Positions 1 to 11,459 are shown, numbered from the stretch's first letter. The stretch: 32,000 nucleotides of DNA from an uncultured Lentisphaeria bacterium (GCA_951812855.1 OX638337.1:630001-662000); one strand, 5' to 3'. Notes: generated from the letters alone by a model not told the origin. Numbers and translations: made by a program.

Positions 1-427
1 AAAGGATAAATCGTGATTTGCGATGAAACATCCAGCTAACCGCTCCGCTATTTGCCAGATTACCATTTGCTTTCGCGAAAATATTACGAATGTCTGCAGC
101 AGTTCTATTTCGGTTATCAGAAAGACAATCAACAATAATAGCAACTCCTCCGGCCGCATACCCTTCGTAATTTAATTCTTCAAGCATTTGTCCACCAAGC
201 TCACCTGCTCCCTTTTTAATTGCCCGATCGATATTGTCATTTGGCATATTTACATTTTTTGCAGCAGTAATTGCACTGCGTAAACGTGGATTTGTATCCG
301 GCTCCTTACCACCAAGTTTTGTTGCTAACATAAGTTCTTTACTGAAACGTGAAAAAATTTTGCCTTTTTTGGCATCGACAGCAGCCTTTTTATGCTTAAT
401 AGATGACCATTTATTATGTCCTGACAT
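1..427 (-). CDS. yebC: YebC/PmpR-family transcriptional regulator (probable), truncated at the window edge
   Basis: The reverse-complement translation from the ATG at 425-427 reads MSGHNKWSSIKHKKAAVDAKKGKIFSRFSKELMLATKLGG..PRLRSAI..AK..NMPNDNIDRAIKKG. This is the typical YebC N-terminus. This ORF is not in the supplied track because the window edge cuts it. Confidence 0.85.
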   Translation of the reverse strand, partial: MSGHNKWSSIKHKKAAVDAKKGKIFSRFSKELMLATKLGGKEPDTNPRLRSAITAAKNVNMPNDNIDRAIKKGAGELGGQMLEELNYEGYAAGGVAIIVDCLSDNRNRTAADIRNIFAKANGNLANSGAVSWMFHRKSRFIL

Positions 428-683
428 TTTTTTAATACCTTACATAATTATGTTACTTTTTATATATAGAATACTTGCAAGAGAACCGACTAAGTCTATG
501 TTGTACTTCTTTCTTCCGATAACAATAGTATACTGCAGGCAGTCGTTTTTTCGACAATCCTTTATCACTTTCGGTGGGCAGTTTGCAGAAACCTGTCGAA
601 AACCCGTTCGATTTCAGTGTTACACATTATTAGAATTTAGATTTTGGAATTATCCTCATTACCTGTAATCAGGAATTAAAACA

Positions 684-1610
684 ATGGAAAATGTCGTTAT
701 AATAGGAACCGGTGCTGCGGGGTACACAGCAGCTATCTATACTGCAAGAGCACAACTGAATCCGCTGATGATCTCAGGGCAATTACCCGGAGGTCAGCTT
801 ACTCAGACAACGGATGTTGAAAATTATCCTGGTTTTTCAGATGGCATTCTGGGTTTTGATTTGATGGACTCAATGCGAAAACAAGCAGAACGGTTTGAAT
901 GTCGAATTCAATCAAATACCGTTACAGATGTGAATTTTAAAAATGGGGGTCCGCAGGAACTCATATTGGATAATGGTGAAACCATCACCAGTAAGACTGT
1001 AATTATCAGTACCGGGGCATCTCCGAATTGGCTTGGTTTAGATTCAGAGGAAAAATTGAAAAACAAGGGTGTCTCCTCCTGTGCAACCTGTGATGGTGCT
1101 TTCTTTCGAGACGTCCCGATTTGTGTTATTGGCGGGGGCGACACCGCTATGGAAGAAGCAACATTTTTAACTCGATATGCAAGCAAAGTTATTATTGTCC
1201 ATCGTCGAAATGAATTCAGAGCCTCCAAAATCATGGTCGGCCGTGCCCTGAATAACCCTGGAATAGAGGTATCGTGGGATAGTGTTCCAGTAGAATTTCT
1301 GGATGTAAATGAAGGAAAAGTTACCGGACTAATTGTTAAAGATGTAAGAACTAACGAGCAAAAAACCATCGAATGCGGTGCAATTTTTGTAGCAATTGGG
1401 CATCGTCCCAATACCGCCGCCTTCCGGCAGGTGATTGAACTGGATGAAAACGGCTACATTAAGGTGCAGGATGTAACTGCGCGTACAAATATCAGTGGAG
1501 TCTTTGCTGCAGGTGATTGTGTCGATCATGTTTACAGACAAGCAGTGACCGCTGCGGGTATGGGCTGCAAAGCTGGAATCGATGCAGAACGCTGGTTGGA
1601 AGCACAGTAG
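684..1610 (+). CDS. trxB: Thioredoxin-disulfide reductase
   Basis: 308 aa. It has an N-terminal GTGAAG FAD motif, the redox-active CATCDG motif, and a second [15 protein letters not shown] motif. Confidence 0.95.
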   Translation: MENVVIIGTGAAGYTAAIYTARAQLNPLMISGQLPGGQLTQTTDVENYPGFSDGILGFDLMDSMRKQAERFECRIQSNTVTDVNFKNGGPQELILDNGETITSKTVIISTGASPNWLGLDSEEKLKNKGVSSCATCDGAFFRDVPICVIGGGDTAMEEATFLTRYASKVIIVHRRNEFRASKIMVGRALNNPGIEVSWDSVPVEFLDVNEGKVTGLIVKDVRTNEQKTIECGAIFVAIGHRPNTAAFRQVIELDENGYIKVQDVTARTNISGVFAAGDCVDHVYRQAVTAAGMGCKAGIDAERWLEAQ

Positions 1611-1677
1611 CTGTGAGTAAAATGTACTTAAAGTAAAATTTTTTAAACTGGATAATTTACTGTATCATTTATAAAAA

Positions 1678-1761
1678 GCTCGGGTGGCGGAATTGGCAGA
1701 CGCGCCAGGTTGAGGGCCTGGTGGGGTTAAACCCGTGCGGGTTCGAGTCCCGCTCCGAGCA
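1678..1761 (+). tRNA. tRNA-Leu (anticodon GAG)
   Basis: Acceptor GCTCGGG pairs with TCCGAGC. The anticodon stem is CCAGG/CCTGG with loop TTGAGGG. It has a long variable arm and a T-arm CGGG-TTCGAGT-CCCG. CCA is not encoded. Confidence 0.9.
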
Positions 1762-1796
1762 CTACGGTTCAACTAATAAATCAATACTGTAGATTC

Positions 1797-3083
1797 CTAG
1801 ACAACCTCTCCTGTGATCATATCATCGTCAACAGTTTCAAGCTTAACCGGAATCAACCTGTTGGACAAATCCAAATCCGATTTGACTTTTACTCTGGCAT
1901 AATGATCTGTAAGGCCTTGCCAGTATCCATTCTTGAGCTGCTCAAATAACACAGGTTCCACATTATCAATTAATTTACTGTAAAACTCGTGTTTTTTGTG
2001 AAGACTCAGTTTTCTTAAAATTGAACTTCGTTTTTGAATATTCGGCACTGACACTTGATTTGGCAGTTTCTTACTTTTTGCCAGTTCCCTTTCTGAATAA
2101 CTGAACACATGAAAATACGCAAACGGAAGCGAATTGAGAAAATCAAACGTTTCATCGAATAATGAATTATTTTCACCCGGATATCCAACAATTACATCAG
2201 TTCCCAGACATACATCTGTTATATTATTGTACGCTTCCAACAGAAAATTCTGATAGTCATTAACCGTATATTTTCTGTTCATCTTAAACAATAATGTGTT
2301 ACATCCGCTTTGAAGCGGAATATGTAAATGGCGACAGAGTATCGAATTAGGGTTCATTTTTGAGATGATATCTTTAGGAATGGTCGTTGGCTCAATGGAA
2401 GAAATGCGTAACCGGGATAATCCATCTATGTTTTCCATCGTGTTGATAATATCTAAAAAAGTCTTCCCTTCATTAGAATAACATCCAATATTAACTCCGG
2501 TTAGTACAATTTCCTTAAAATCCGCTGCGACAAAATTTTTAGCTTCCCGAATCAGATCATCAAACTGTCTGCTTCGTGCACTGCCCCGTACATATGGAAT
2601 CACACAAAATAGACAATAAAAATCACAACCGTCCTGTATTTTCAGGTTTGCTCGTGTATGACTATGATCATAACCGATGGTTGAAATAGTAAAATCATTT
2701 TTAGGGATAGGATCAACATTTACAATGGGTGATGGTTTTTCATTGGATTGATCAATAAATTCTAATAAATCCATTTTATGGGCATTTCCAATCACCCAAT
2801 TAACATTTGGCAATGATAAAAGTGTCTCGCCCTGAGCTTGAGCTTGACAACCCAGGAGTGCTATTTTTGAATCTGGATGACGGCGAGCAATTTTTTTCAC
2901 CATTTTTTTTGTATCTGCATCACCATTTTTCGTCACAGTACAGGTATTTACAACACAAATATCTGAGGGAGAGTCAATATCAACAACATGATACCCTCTA
3001 TCTCTAAAGCTATTTTCTATCGTCGATGTTTCAGCTTGATTTAAGCGACATCCAAATGTAAAAAATGAAACACGTTTTTTCAT
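1797..3083 (-). CDS. mtaB: Radical-SAM methylthiotransferase, MiaB/MtaB family (MtaB-like)
   Basis: 428 aa. The N-terminal FTFGCRLNQ..E block and VVNTCTVT mark the MTTase N-domain cysteines. The radical-SAM CDFYCLFC (CxxxCxxC) motif is present, followed by a C-terminal TRAM-like tail. Confidence 0.85.
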   Translation of the reverse strand: MKKRVSFFTFGCRLNQAETSTIENSFRDRGYHVVDIDSPSDICVVNTCTVTKNGDADTKKMVKKIARRHPDSKIALLGCQAQAQGETLLSLPNVNWVIGNAHKMDLLEFIDQSNEKPSPIVNVDPIPKNDFTISTIGYDHSHTRANLKIQDGCDFYCLFCVIPYVRGSARSRQFDDLIREAKNFVAADFKEIVLTGVNIGCYSNEGKTFLDIINTMENIDGLSRLRISSIEPTTIPKDIISKMNPNSILCRHLHIPLQSGCNTLLFKMNRKYTVNDYQNFLLEAYNNITDVCLGTDVIVGYPGENNSLFDETFDFLNSLPFAYFHVFSYSERELAKSKKLPNQVSVPNIQKRSSILRKLSLHKKHEFYSKLIDNVEPVLFEQLKNGYWQGLTDHYARVKVKSDLDLSNRLIPVKLETVDDDMITGEVV

Positions 3084-3780
3084 ATGATATTTTTCTGTGG
3101 TATACCAACAATTTTATGTTATTGTTCGTTTCCGGTATTTATAAATCAAATAATTTTACTGTAACATCGGAGAATCAGAAGAATAAAATCAAACTCTGCA
3201 TTATTTATTCGTTAATATTTTCCATCTCTATTTTGTTCATCAGGTTGTAATATTATCGAATTTTTTAAGAGTGATAAAAAGGAAGTTAAACGCACTATCG
3301 ATAAAATAAAGGTTGCGATAAATAAAAATGATTGGACAACAAGTGAAGGAAAAACCTATAGTAATAAATTGATTAAAGGCAAAGTAAAATCTAAAGGAAT
3401 GGACAAGTTTCGAGCGTCAATTGATAATTTACCTGATGACCGCATGGCATTCATGATGCAAATTGACAGTATAAAGAAATTTGTTACAAAAATTACATCA
3501 CGATTAAAAATTTGAAATGCCGCAGGAGACAGTGATAATAGTATATGACAATCTTTATATACCTGGGTTAAAAAAGGTACACAATGGCATTTCAATGAAG
3601 TTAAAGACCTTACAATAAAACAAGGTAATGGAAATACCGCCTATAACACTAATTCAAGAAAAAATCACGTAAAAAGTGAGATAAAAAGTCAATGCTTTAT
3701 GATTCCTGAATAAACGCTTTTTGTCTCCTTGTTCAAAGTGAAAACATCTGTCAATAAATGTAATCAGAAAGGAAGTTATT

Positions 3781-4410
3781 ATGCCCGTATTACCAGATTT
3801 ACCCTACGCTTTTGACGCATTAGAGCCACATTTCGACAGTCGTACTATGGAAATTCACCATGACAGACATCATGCCGCTTATACCTCAAAATTAAATGCC
3901 GCATTAGAGGGAACAGATTTTGAAAATACATCGATTCCCGCAGTTCTTTCCATGCTTGACAAACTACCGGAAAGCAAACAAAATGCAGTTCGAAACAATG
4001 GCGGTGGTTATGTCAATCATAACTTGTTTTGGGAAATTCTAGGCCCGAATTGCGGCGGTTCTCCGAAAGGAAATATAGGAACTGAAATTGATAATAATTT
4101 TGGAAGTTTCGATAATTTCAAACAAAAATTTTCAGATGCAGCAGCAACACGTTTTGGAAGCGGTTGGGTTTGGCTTGTTTTAAAAAGTGATCTTACTCTG
4201 GACGTTTACAGTACCCCGAATCAAGACAGTCCCTATATGACCTGTGATACACCCATTTTAGGTCTTGATGTATGGGAACATGCTTATTATTTAAACTATC
4301 AAAATCGCAGACCCGATTATGTTAATGCATTTTGGAACGTTGTAAATTGGGAAAGAGCAGACTCTATTTTTAAAGAGGCTAAAGAAGACCTTGATAAAAC
4401 GGCATGCTGA
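3781..4410 (+). CDS. Fe/Mn superoxide dismutase
   Basis: 209 aa. It reads [28 protein letters not shown] ... [20 protein letters not shown], which is the canonical Fe/Mn-SOD signature. A GGA-rich RBS (aggaag) lies upstream. Confidence 0.95.
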   Translation: MPVLPDLPYAFDALEPHFDSRTMEIHHDRHHAAYTSKLNAALEGTDFENTSIPAVLSMLDKLPESKQNAVRNNGGGYVNHNLFWEILGPNCGGSPKGNIGTEIDNNFGSFDNFKQKFSDAAATRFGSGWVWLVLKSDLTLDVYSTPNQDSPYMTCDTPILGLDVWEHAYYLNYQNRRPDYVNAFWNVVNWERADSIFKEAKEDLDKTAC

Positions 4411-4559
4411 TTGAGTTGTTTTATAGTGATTATACCATCAAAAATTGGAAAAAACGGGATGAGATTCAGGAATTTAGGTTATACCATCACTGTTAATATC
4501 TGAAGCAGCACCAGCAAATCTGAAATCATTCAACCCTGATAAATCGGCCTTTAGTCAAA

Positions 4560-5657
4560 TTATTCAGCATTATCGAACATGATTCTGGATTGTTGTCTCA
4601 ACGCCAGGTCGATCAGTACAAGTGCCGTCATTGTTTCAACAATCGGTACCGCTCTGGGAACAACACAGGGGTCATGCCTGCCTCTTGCTTCTAAAGTTAC
4701 CGGAATCCCATCAAGATCAACGGTTTCCTGTGGTTTGCCAATTGTGGCTGGTGGCTTAAAGGCGATATTAAAAATGATTGGCTCCCCATTGGTAATACCA
4801 CCCTGCACACCGCCGCTGTTATTTGTTCGGGTCCCCAATACATTACCATTCTTAAAAAACATATCATTGTGTTCCGATCCTGGAACACGCGTTCCACTAA
4901 ATCCAGACCCAATTTCAAATCCCTTGGTTGCAGGCAATGACATCATCGCCTGAGCTAACTTCGCCTCGATTTTATCAAAAACCGGTTCTCCCCAACCTGC
5001 AGGAACGTTTTTGCAAATACATGAAACAACCCCACCTAATGAATCATGACTGTTTTTTGCATCTTTTATTGCCTGCATCATCAACTCTCCTATCCTAAGA
5101 TCAGGACAACGAACCAGTGATTTATCTACCAAATTTCTACTTATTTCATCCAGGTCAAGATTATTGACCGAAATATTTCCCACAGAATTCACCCATGAAA
5201 TTATTTCGATTCCATATCGCTCATTTAATATTTTTTCGGCAATCGCACCGGCAGCTACGCGTCCAATGGTTTCCCGGGCACTGGATCGCCCCCCCCCTGA
5301 AGATGCCCGTATACCATACTTCATTTGATAACTATAATCGGCGTGAGACGGTCTGGGAATAGAGGACATGTCGGCATAATCATCGGGTCGTTGATCACGA
5401 TTCGCTACAAATAACCCGATTGGGGTTCCCAGAGTAACCCCATTTTCGGTACCTGAAAGAATTGATACCTTATCCTTTTCATCCCGTGCGGTCGTAACAT
5501 CGCTCTGCCCGGGACGCCTGCGATCTAATTGAACCTGAATGTCATCTTCAGTCAATGACAGGCTTGGGGGACAACCGTCGATAACAACACCCACACCTTT
5601 GCAATGTGACTCTCCAAATGTGCTTATCTTAAATAATGTTCCGAATATACTCGACAT
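4560..5657 (-). CDS. aroC: Chorismate synthase
   Basis: 365 aa. Blocks seen: [30 protein letters not shown] and [13 protein letters not shown]. Confidence 0.95.
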   Translation of the reverse strand: MSSIFGTLFKISTFGESHCKGVGVVIDGCPPSLSLTEDDIQVQLDRRRPGQSDVTTARDEKDKVSILSGTENGVTLGTPIGLFVANRDQRPDDYADMSSIPRPSHADYSYQMKYGIRASSGGGRSSARETIGRVAAGAIAEKILNERYGIEIISWVNSVGNISVNNLDLDEISRNLVDKSLVRCPDLRIGELMMQAIKDAKNSHDSLGGVVSCICKNVPAGWGEPVFDKIEAKLAQAMMSLPATKGFEIGSGFSGTRVPGSEHNDMFFKNGNVLGTRTNNSGGVQGGITNGEPIIFNIAFKPPATIGKPQETVDLDGIPVTLEARGRHDPCVVPRAVPIVETMTALVLIDLALRQQSRIMFDNAE

Positions 5658-5843
5658 TGCGAAATCTTTCAGTTCAGACGAAATTTAGGTTAATCGTTTA
5701 AGATCAGGTCTGATTTTTTTCAGGGTTAAGTCGTCAAGCAAAAACACTGGGAAAATTCCCAATGACAGTTACCGATTCTGATTGTTTACTGTGAACCGCA
5801 TAGACGGGGTCTAATTGCGGTGGGATGGTTCATTAACTGCTGT

Positions 5844-6095
5844 TCAAATTGGTTTTGAAAGACTCTCTAATATATCCTGACCTTCCAATTCTCCCAATTG
5901 AAATATTAACTCTTCTAACACTACTGAGGGATCATCAGAATCCTTAATATTAAACTCTGCAATGTGGTCGCCTAAAGCCAATAAATATTCGGCAAATGTT
6001 TCTATTGTTAATGAGTTATCATTAATTAAGTCAGAGGCAAATATCAACATATCGGCATTAAGGTTTTTTAAAATGAAGGTTTTAGATAGTTTCAT
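5844..6095 (-). CDS. Hypothetical small acidic protein
   Basis: An 83-aa ORF with no recognisable motif. It lies between aroC and tRNA-Thr. Confidence 0.35.
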   Translation of the reverse strand: MKLSKTFILKNLNADMLIFASDLINDNSLTIETFAEYLLALGDHIAEFNIKDSDDPSVVLEELIFQLGELEGQDILESLSKPI

Positions 6096-6179
6096 TCTAT
6101 TCAGTGCATAAAGGGCTTCAAGAAAACGTAAATTATTAAGATAATTTTTATTGAAAAATCAGATTGGGAGAGAGTAATA

Positions 6180-6255
6180 TGGAGCCAGCGATCGGACTCG
6201 AACCGATGACCTGTGCATTACAAGTGCACTGCTCTACCAACTGAGCTATGCTGGC
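6180..6255 (-). tRNA. tRNA-Thr (anticodon UGU)
   Basis: The reverse complement is GCCAGCATAGCTCAGTTGGTAGAGCAGTGCACTTGTAATGCACAGGTCATCGGTTCGAGTCCGATCGCTGGCTCCA. It folds as a 76-nt cloverleaf with anticodon loop CTTGTAA and an encoded CCA. There is one A7-C66 mismatch. Confidence 0.9.
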
Positions 6256-6575
6256 CAAAATCAAATAAATAAATACACTTTAGATAAATGTTTGAGATAC
6301 TATAAAATTGGTAAATGATTAATTCAAAATAGTTTTTTGATTAATCCTTAATCAATTGCTCTATGTCAGTAAAGAAAAATTAATTTCAGACAGGCATGCT
6401 TTCTGCCACCCTAAATCTAATCGTGCCACGATGTTACAATTAAGCCCGGCCACCCCGTTTATTAAGTGTCTATGTTCTATTATATTTAAGCAAGTTACAA
6501 CTCAAAACATATCATCGGCACCTCTTGTGCTGTCAGCTAATAGAAATTAAAAATCTTACATAAAGGAATATAATA

Positions 6576-9152
6576 ATGAATGCCAATAATTATACAGAAA
6601 AATCACAGGAAGCATTAAGTGATGCTTATAATTTAGCTGTTAAGTACAATCATCAGTCTTTGCTGCCCATTCATCTTATGCATGTATTAGTAACACAAGA
6701 AGGAGGTACCGTTAAAAAAATAATTAATAATATCATCACTATTTCATCTGAATTAGAGCAAGATATTCTGGATTCAATCAAAAAAATTCCTCAGGTAACA
6801 GGCCCGGGAACTGGAAATGTTGCGGCATCACGTGAATTTTCTAAAATAAACATAGATGCAAATGAAATTGCCAAAGCACATAAAGATGAATTTATCAGTG
6901 TTGAACATTTGTTTGCAGCTTTACTGAAATGTGACGAAGACTGTAGGCTTATTGCTCAAAAACACGGTATTAATGATGAGAACTTTCTGGAAGGGTTAAA
7001 GTCTGTTCGGGGGAATAGTCGTATTACATCACAAAATCCGGAAACTGCCTTTCAAGCCCTGGAAAAGTATACGTGTGATTTAACTCAGGCAGCTCGACAT
7101 CATAAGTTAGATCCTGTAATTGGTCGGGACAGCGAGATTCGCAGAGTCGTTCAAATACTATCTCGCAGAACTAAAAATAACCCTGTATTGATCGGAGACC
7201 CCGGTGTTGGAAAGACCGCTATTGTTGAGGGGCTTGCCCTGCGAATTCTTAAAAACGACATTCCGGAAGGATTAAAGAATAAAAGGCTTTTAGCACTTGA
7301 TATGGGTGCCCTTATTGCAGGAGCAAAATATAGAGGAGAATTTGAGGAACGCCTAAAAGCGGTTCTTAAAGAGATTACTGCCGCTGACGGAAAAATTATT
7401 CTATTTATCGATGAACTGCATACTGTTGTTGGTGCTGGTGCTGCTGAGGGTGCAATGGATGCTGGAAACCTCCTTAAGCCAATGTTGGCAAGGGGCGAAA
7501 TCAAGTGTATTGGAGCAACCACTTTAAATGAATACCGAAAATATATTGAAAAAGACAAGGCATTAGAGCGTCGTTTCCAAACCGTATCGGTTGATCAGCC
7601 TACGGTTGAGGATACAATCTCAATCTTGCGAGGATTATGCGAGCGATATGAGGTACATCATGGCGTAACAATTCGTGATTCAGCATTAGTCAGTGCTGCA
7701 ATCTTGTCAGATCGCTACATAAACGATCGTTTTCTGCCTGACAAAGCGATTGATTTAGTTGATGAAGCAGCAGCAAAACTACGGACAGAAATAGATAGCA
7801 AGCCAATTGAAATTGACGAAATTGTACGTAGAAAAATGCAATTAGAAATAGAAACAGCCGGATTAAAAAAAGAAAAAGATACGCTTTCTCATAAACGTTT
7901 AAGACTTCTGGAAAAAGAACTGGAAGACGTGAATTCAGATTTAGATAAACTTGAAAGTAAATGGGCCGATGAAAAAGATATTATTAGCAGCAATCAGTCA
8001 ATCAGAGAAGCACTTGAAACTGCCAAAATAAGTCTATCAGAAGCTGAACGTAATTATGATCTAAATAAAGTTGCAGAATTAACACATGGCACAATACCAA
8101 ACCTGGAACAGCAATTGGAGAAAGCAGAAAATCAGTTAAACGAATCAAGCGGAGAACAAATGCTTAAACAGGAAGTTGATGAAAATGACATTGCTGAAGT
8201 TGTAAGTCGATGGACTCATATACCTGTAACAAAATTACTCCGGGGCGAACGTGAAAAGTTATTAAATTTAAGTGATTTACTAAAAAAGCGTGTCATTTCG
8301 CAAGACAACGCGGTTCAAGCAGTTTCCGATGCCATTATACGTTCCCGGGCTGGCATGAGTGACCCGAACCGGCCTATAGGCAGTTTCTTGTTCTCAGGCC
8401 CTACCGGAGTTGGGAAAACTGAATTGGCCAAGGCATTAACAAGTGTCTTATTTAATGATGAACACTTACTTATCCGAATTGATATGTCTGAATATATGGA
8501 AAAACACAGTGTTGCACGACTTATCGGTGCTCCTCCCGGATACATTGGTCATGATGAAGGTGGGCAGCTGACAGAAGCGGTGCGACGTCGTCCATATGCT
8601 GCAATACTCTTCGACGAAATTGAAAAAGCTCATTCAGATGTTTCTAATATACTTCTGCAAATTCTGGATGAGGGACGGTTAACCGATTCACATGGTCATA
8701 GTGTTGATTTTAAAAATACAGTCATCATTATGACATCGAATATTGGCAGTCAAATTTTAACTGAAAATACTTTAGATTTATCGGAAAAAGAAACACTGAT
8801 TTTTAAGGAATTACAAAATCATTTTAGACCTGAGTTTCTTAACCGACTTGAAGATATTATAATATTCAACCCACTGTCCAGGGATGATATTTTTGATATC
8901 ATTGATATTCAGCTGGCTAACCTTAACAATCGATTACCAGCCGAGCACAATATCAGTGTAAAATTATCAACTGAGGCCAAAAATCAGATCGCGAATGAAG
9001 GATATGATGCCGTTTACGGTGCTCGACCTTTGAAAAGAGTTATCACAAAGCGAATCGAAACTCAACTCGCAAAAATGATCATTTCAGATAAATTGAAGAA
9101 ATCCGGAACACTTACGGTTACCTGCAAGAATGGAAATTTTGAATTTAACTAA
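6576..9152 (+). CDS. clpB: ATP-dependent chaperone ClpB
   Basis: 858 aa. It has two AAA+ modules (GDPGVGKT and GPTGVGKT Walker A motifs), a long coiled-coil middle domain, and a Clp N-domain. Confidence 0.97.
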   Translation: MNANNYTEKSQEALSDAYNLAVKYNHQSLLPIHLMHVLVTQEGGTVKKIINNIITISSELEQDILDSIKKIPQVTGPGTGNVAASREFSKINIDANEIAKAHKDEFISVEHLFAALLKCDEDCRLIAQKHGINDENFLEGLKSVRGNSRITSQNPETAFQALEKYTCDLTQAARHHKLDPVIGRDSEIRRVVQILSRRTKNNPVLIGDPGVGKTAIVEGLALRILKNDIPEGLKNKRLLALDMGALIAGAKYRGEFEERLKAVLKEITAADGKIILFIDELHTVVGAGAAEGAMDAGNLLKPMLARGEIKCIGATTLNEYRKYIEKDKALERRFQTVSVDQPTVEDTISILRGLCERYEVHHGVTIRDSALVSAAILSDRYINDRFLPDKAIDLVDEAAAKLRTEIDSKPIEIDEIVRRKMQLEIETAGLKKEKDTLSHKRLRLLEKELEDVNSDLDKLESKWADEKDIISSNQSIREALETAKISLSEAERNYDLNKVAELTHGTIPNLEQQLEKAENQLNESSGEQMLKQEVDENDIAEVVSRWTHIPVTKLLRGEREKLLNLSDLLKKRVISQDNAVQAVSDAIIRSRAGMSDPNRPIGSFLFSGPTGVGKTELAKALTSVLFNDEHLLIRIDMSEYMEKHSVARLIGAPPGYIGHDEGGQLTEAVRRRPYAAILFDEIEKAHSDVSNILLQILDEGRLTDSHGHSVDFKNTVIIMTSNIGSQILTENTLDLSEKETLIFKELQNHFRPEFLNRLEDIIIFNPLSRDDIFDIIDIQLANLNNRLPAEHNISVKLSTEAKNQIANEGYDAVYGARPLKRVITKRIETQLAKMIISDKLKKSGTLTVTCKNGNFEFN

Positions 9153-9258
9153 TCGCCTAAATTCTGTAATAAAATATGTGGTTCACAGCGATTATCTCAA
9201 TACCAAACGAAGATTCATTACTAATATGAATCATTATCTATAAATGATCAGATCGTGA

Positions 9259-9754
9259 TTATAAAAACTCAGGATGAATGCAATGTCCTTTAACCGATTT
9301 CATGGTGTAAAAAACATTATCCTCTTGATCAACGCTTAATTCATAAACCGGAACTATACCGGGGTGTTCCAGCTGAGCTGTTACCTGTGCTTCAACAATA
9401 AAACGAAGTATTTGATCATTGATTGCCTGCTTTGTATCGGTAACGACTTTTACAGCCACGTTACGCCGGCAATTCATATCCCCGGCGTTAAGTATGAGCC
9501 CCATTCCCCCTCTGACCAACATATGGCCAATGGAATATTTAGGTGTTTTCCCCGCATGCAAAAGATCGGACATTGGTGTCAGATTCGAAATCGTTATCCA
9601 GCGATATAGTGCCCTCAATGCCCTTTTGCGTCATCAGTTGTAGAACAGTTGCTCCTTCACGTTGAATCGCACCGCAGATATAACCAGTATCGTGGATTGT
9701 TGGCAAATCTGATAGTGAATTTGAATCAGAATCCGAATCAGAATCAGATTTCAC
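9259..9754 (-). pseudogene. Ser/Thr protein kinase remnant (frameshifted and 3'-truncated)
   Basis: Two overlapping minus-strand ORFs lie in different frames. ORF 9539-9754 (GTG start) encodes MKSDSDSDSDSNSLS... ORF 9259-9618 carries kinase subdomains I-IV only: YSIGHMLVRGGMGLI, VAVKV, EAQVTAQLEHPGIVPVYE, then a stop. No HRD or DFG lobe follows before clpB. Confidence 0.6.
9723..9748 (-). repeat. Tandem hexanucleotide repeat (GAATCA/GAATCC x4) encoding an (SD)n tract
   Basis: The sequence reads gaatca gaatcc gaatca gaatca ga. It encodes the SDSDSDSDS N-terminus of the kinase remnant. Confidence 0.8.
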
Positions 9755-9776
9755 TTAATATTTCCTTTATTACACT

Positions 9777-11459
9777 TTATTCTGCTGAAACGGGCGACGA
9801 TAAAACAGTCGATACTTTTTCATTGTTATTCGTATCATAATCGGGTTCATGACCAATATTTACACGTGATTTTACATTTATTGTACCACCGTCGACTAAT
9901 TTACTCTTTTCTAATAAAATCGACTCGCTCACCGTTTCCCTTACATTAACATCAAAAAATTCTATCTCCTGCTGATGACCATCAATATCAACTGTAAGAA
10001 ACATATGAGAAAGTCTTTCTGTCCCGGTATTTTGTGCTGAAATGAGTAATCGAATGTGATCTTCACTCTCATAGTTTACATCGATATAATGATCACCGAT
10101 AGATGCATCGAAAATTCCGGGAATATGACGATCTTGAATGTCGCCGACATTTAATGTTCCGACCCCATATACAGGATCTGCACCCGGAGCACCTCTGTCA
10201 TTTGTATTTTCTAATACAACATTTAACGCCTCATTTGCGTTAAGTTCAGGATTTTTAGATGATTCAGATGCAAGTGCTGCTGAGATAAACGGAGCCGCAG
10301 CTGACGTGCCGGAAAAACTGACGATACCTTCGTCTCCCCAGGCAGCAGGTATACCAATCCCGGGTGCGGACACGTCAACCTCATACCCAATATTTGCGAA
10401 ATCCGGATGTTGTCCCAGCACATCATTTGCGGTGACGGCAATGACACCCTCATATCGGGCAGGATACGTTATTTCATTAAGACCATCATTCCCTGATGCC
10501 GCAACAATATTTACATCGTGGGAAAGTGCATACTCAACAGCATTCTTCAATACAGGTGAATGTCCCCAGGTACCGAGGCTTAAATTAATGGGATTTGCAC
10601 CCCGGTCAACGGCTTCAACGATACCTGACGCCAAAGTAAACGCATCACCTTCGCCATTATTATCCAATACTCTAATGCTCAAAATTTCTGCATCGGATGC
10701 TATTCCCTTTACCTCAGGAGAATCTCCAACGATAAGTGATGCTACCGCGGTTCCATGGCTTGAATAAGTTTCATCCTCAATTTCCGGTTCACCTTGAATT
10801 AAATCAATTACTTCTCTAACCTTCCCGGCCAGTGCGGGATGATTTTCGTTCACTCCAGTATCTAATACTGCAATCAATGCTCCTTTGCCCGTAAAAGAAT
10901 CATCCGGATGCAGTCCCAAAAGTGGTAAAACGTGTTTCCCAAATGGTATCGTTTGGTTTGATCTTACTTCAAAGGGAAAATCAGAAACTAAATCAGGAGT
11001 ATTCACATAATAGTTTGGTGAGTATTCCACACGGTCGGCGTAGTCGTCTAAAATTGTGTTAAAATTTTGCGTGTCATTTACTCTTACTCTTAAGCTGTTG
11101 AATTTACTTAACACATCAAGTACTTCAAATTCACCATTATTAGACCTGTTAAGAAAATGTATCCTGTCTTCAATGGTTTCGAATGTTAACACAACTTCAC
11201 CCTCAATAACATCCTGTTCATCACGTTTGCTATTTTCGTTCTTTTCATCTTCATTTGATGATAACTGAATAGTTTCGATTAAAATATCTTGTTGAGGTGT
11301 AATTAGTTGACCGGAATTTGAAATCTCACTTCCCCCATTTTTTACTGATGATTCTTGATTTATAGATTCTACTAAGTGACGATGTCTAAGAATATAGTTA
11401 ACAAATAAAACGTATATTGGTATAAAAAGAAGGAAAATTAATAGTTTTTTAAATTTCAT
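9777..11459 (-). CDS. Subtilisin-like serine protease (peptidase S8) with an N-terminal membrane anchor or signal
   Basis: 560 aa. The N-terminus is hydrophobic (KKLLIFLLFIPIYVLFV). The catalytic triad blocks are AVLDTGV, HGTAVASLI and SGTSAAAPFISAA. Confidence 0.9.
   Translation of the reverse strand: MKFKKLLIFLLFIPIYVLFVNYILRHRHLVESINQESSVKNGGSEISNSGQLITPQQDILIETIQLSSNEDEKNENSKRDEQDVIEGEVVLTFETIEDRIHFLNRSNNGEFEVLDVLSKFNSLRVRVNDTQNFNTILDDYADRVEYSPNYYVNTPDLVSDFPFEVRSNQTIPFGKHVLPLLGLHPDDSFTGKGALIAVLDTGVNENHPALAGKVREVIDLIQGEPEIEDETYSSHGTAVASLIVGDSPEVKGIASDAEILSIRVLDNNGEGDAFTLASGIVEAVDRGANPINLSLGTWGHSPVLKNAVEYALSHDVNIVAASGNDGLNEITYPARYEGVIAVTANDVLGQHPDFANIGYEVDVSAPGIGIPAAWGDEGIVSFSGTSAAAPFISAALASESSKNPELNANEALNVVLENTNDRGAPGADPVYGVGTLNVGDIQDRHIPGIFDASIGDHYIDVNYESEDHIRLLISAQNTGTERLSHMFLTVDIDGHQQEIEFFDVNVRETVSESILLEKSKLVDGGTINVKSRVNIGHEPDYDTNNNEKVSTVLSSPVSAE

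Noticed and set aside
234-668. A 144-aa plus-strand ORF.
   Set aside because: Its first part is antisense to the yebC-like gene (1-427). The rest covers the AT-rich divergent promoter region upstream of trxB. The sequence is hydrophobic and low-complexity, typical of AT-rich non-coding DNA.
6480-6575. A heat-shock operator (CIRCE, TTAGCACTC-N9-GAGTGCTAA) upstream of clpB.
   Set aside because: Only a 4-bp GCAC/GTGC inverted repeat is present. There is no CIRCE-like element.
9212-9232. The GATTCAT-N7-ATGAATC hairpin between clpB and the kinase remnant, considered as a bidirectional terminator.
   Set aside because: It is a 7-bp all-weak AT-rich stem without a flanking U-tract. That is too marginal to call.
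9700-9754. The GAATCA-type tandem repeats, considered as a CRISPR or minisatellite locus.
   Set aside because: The unit is only 6 nt with no spacers, and it is in frame as an (SD)n coding repeat.
908-10767. Other shadow ORFs opposite trxB (908-1411), aroC (4579-4953), clpB (7151-7558, 8315-8545) and the S8 protease (10138-10767, 209 aa).
   Set aside because: Each overlaps a confidently identified gene on the other strand and has low-complexity composition without recognisable domains.
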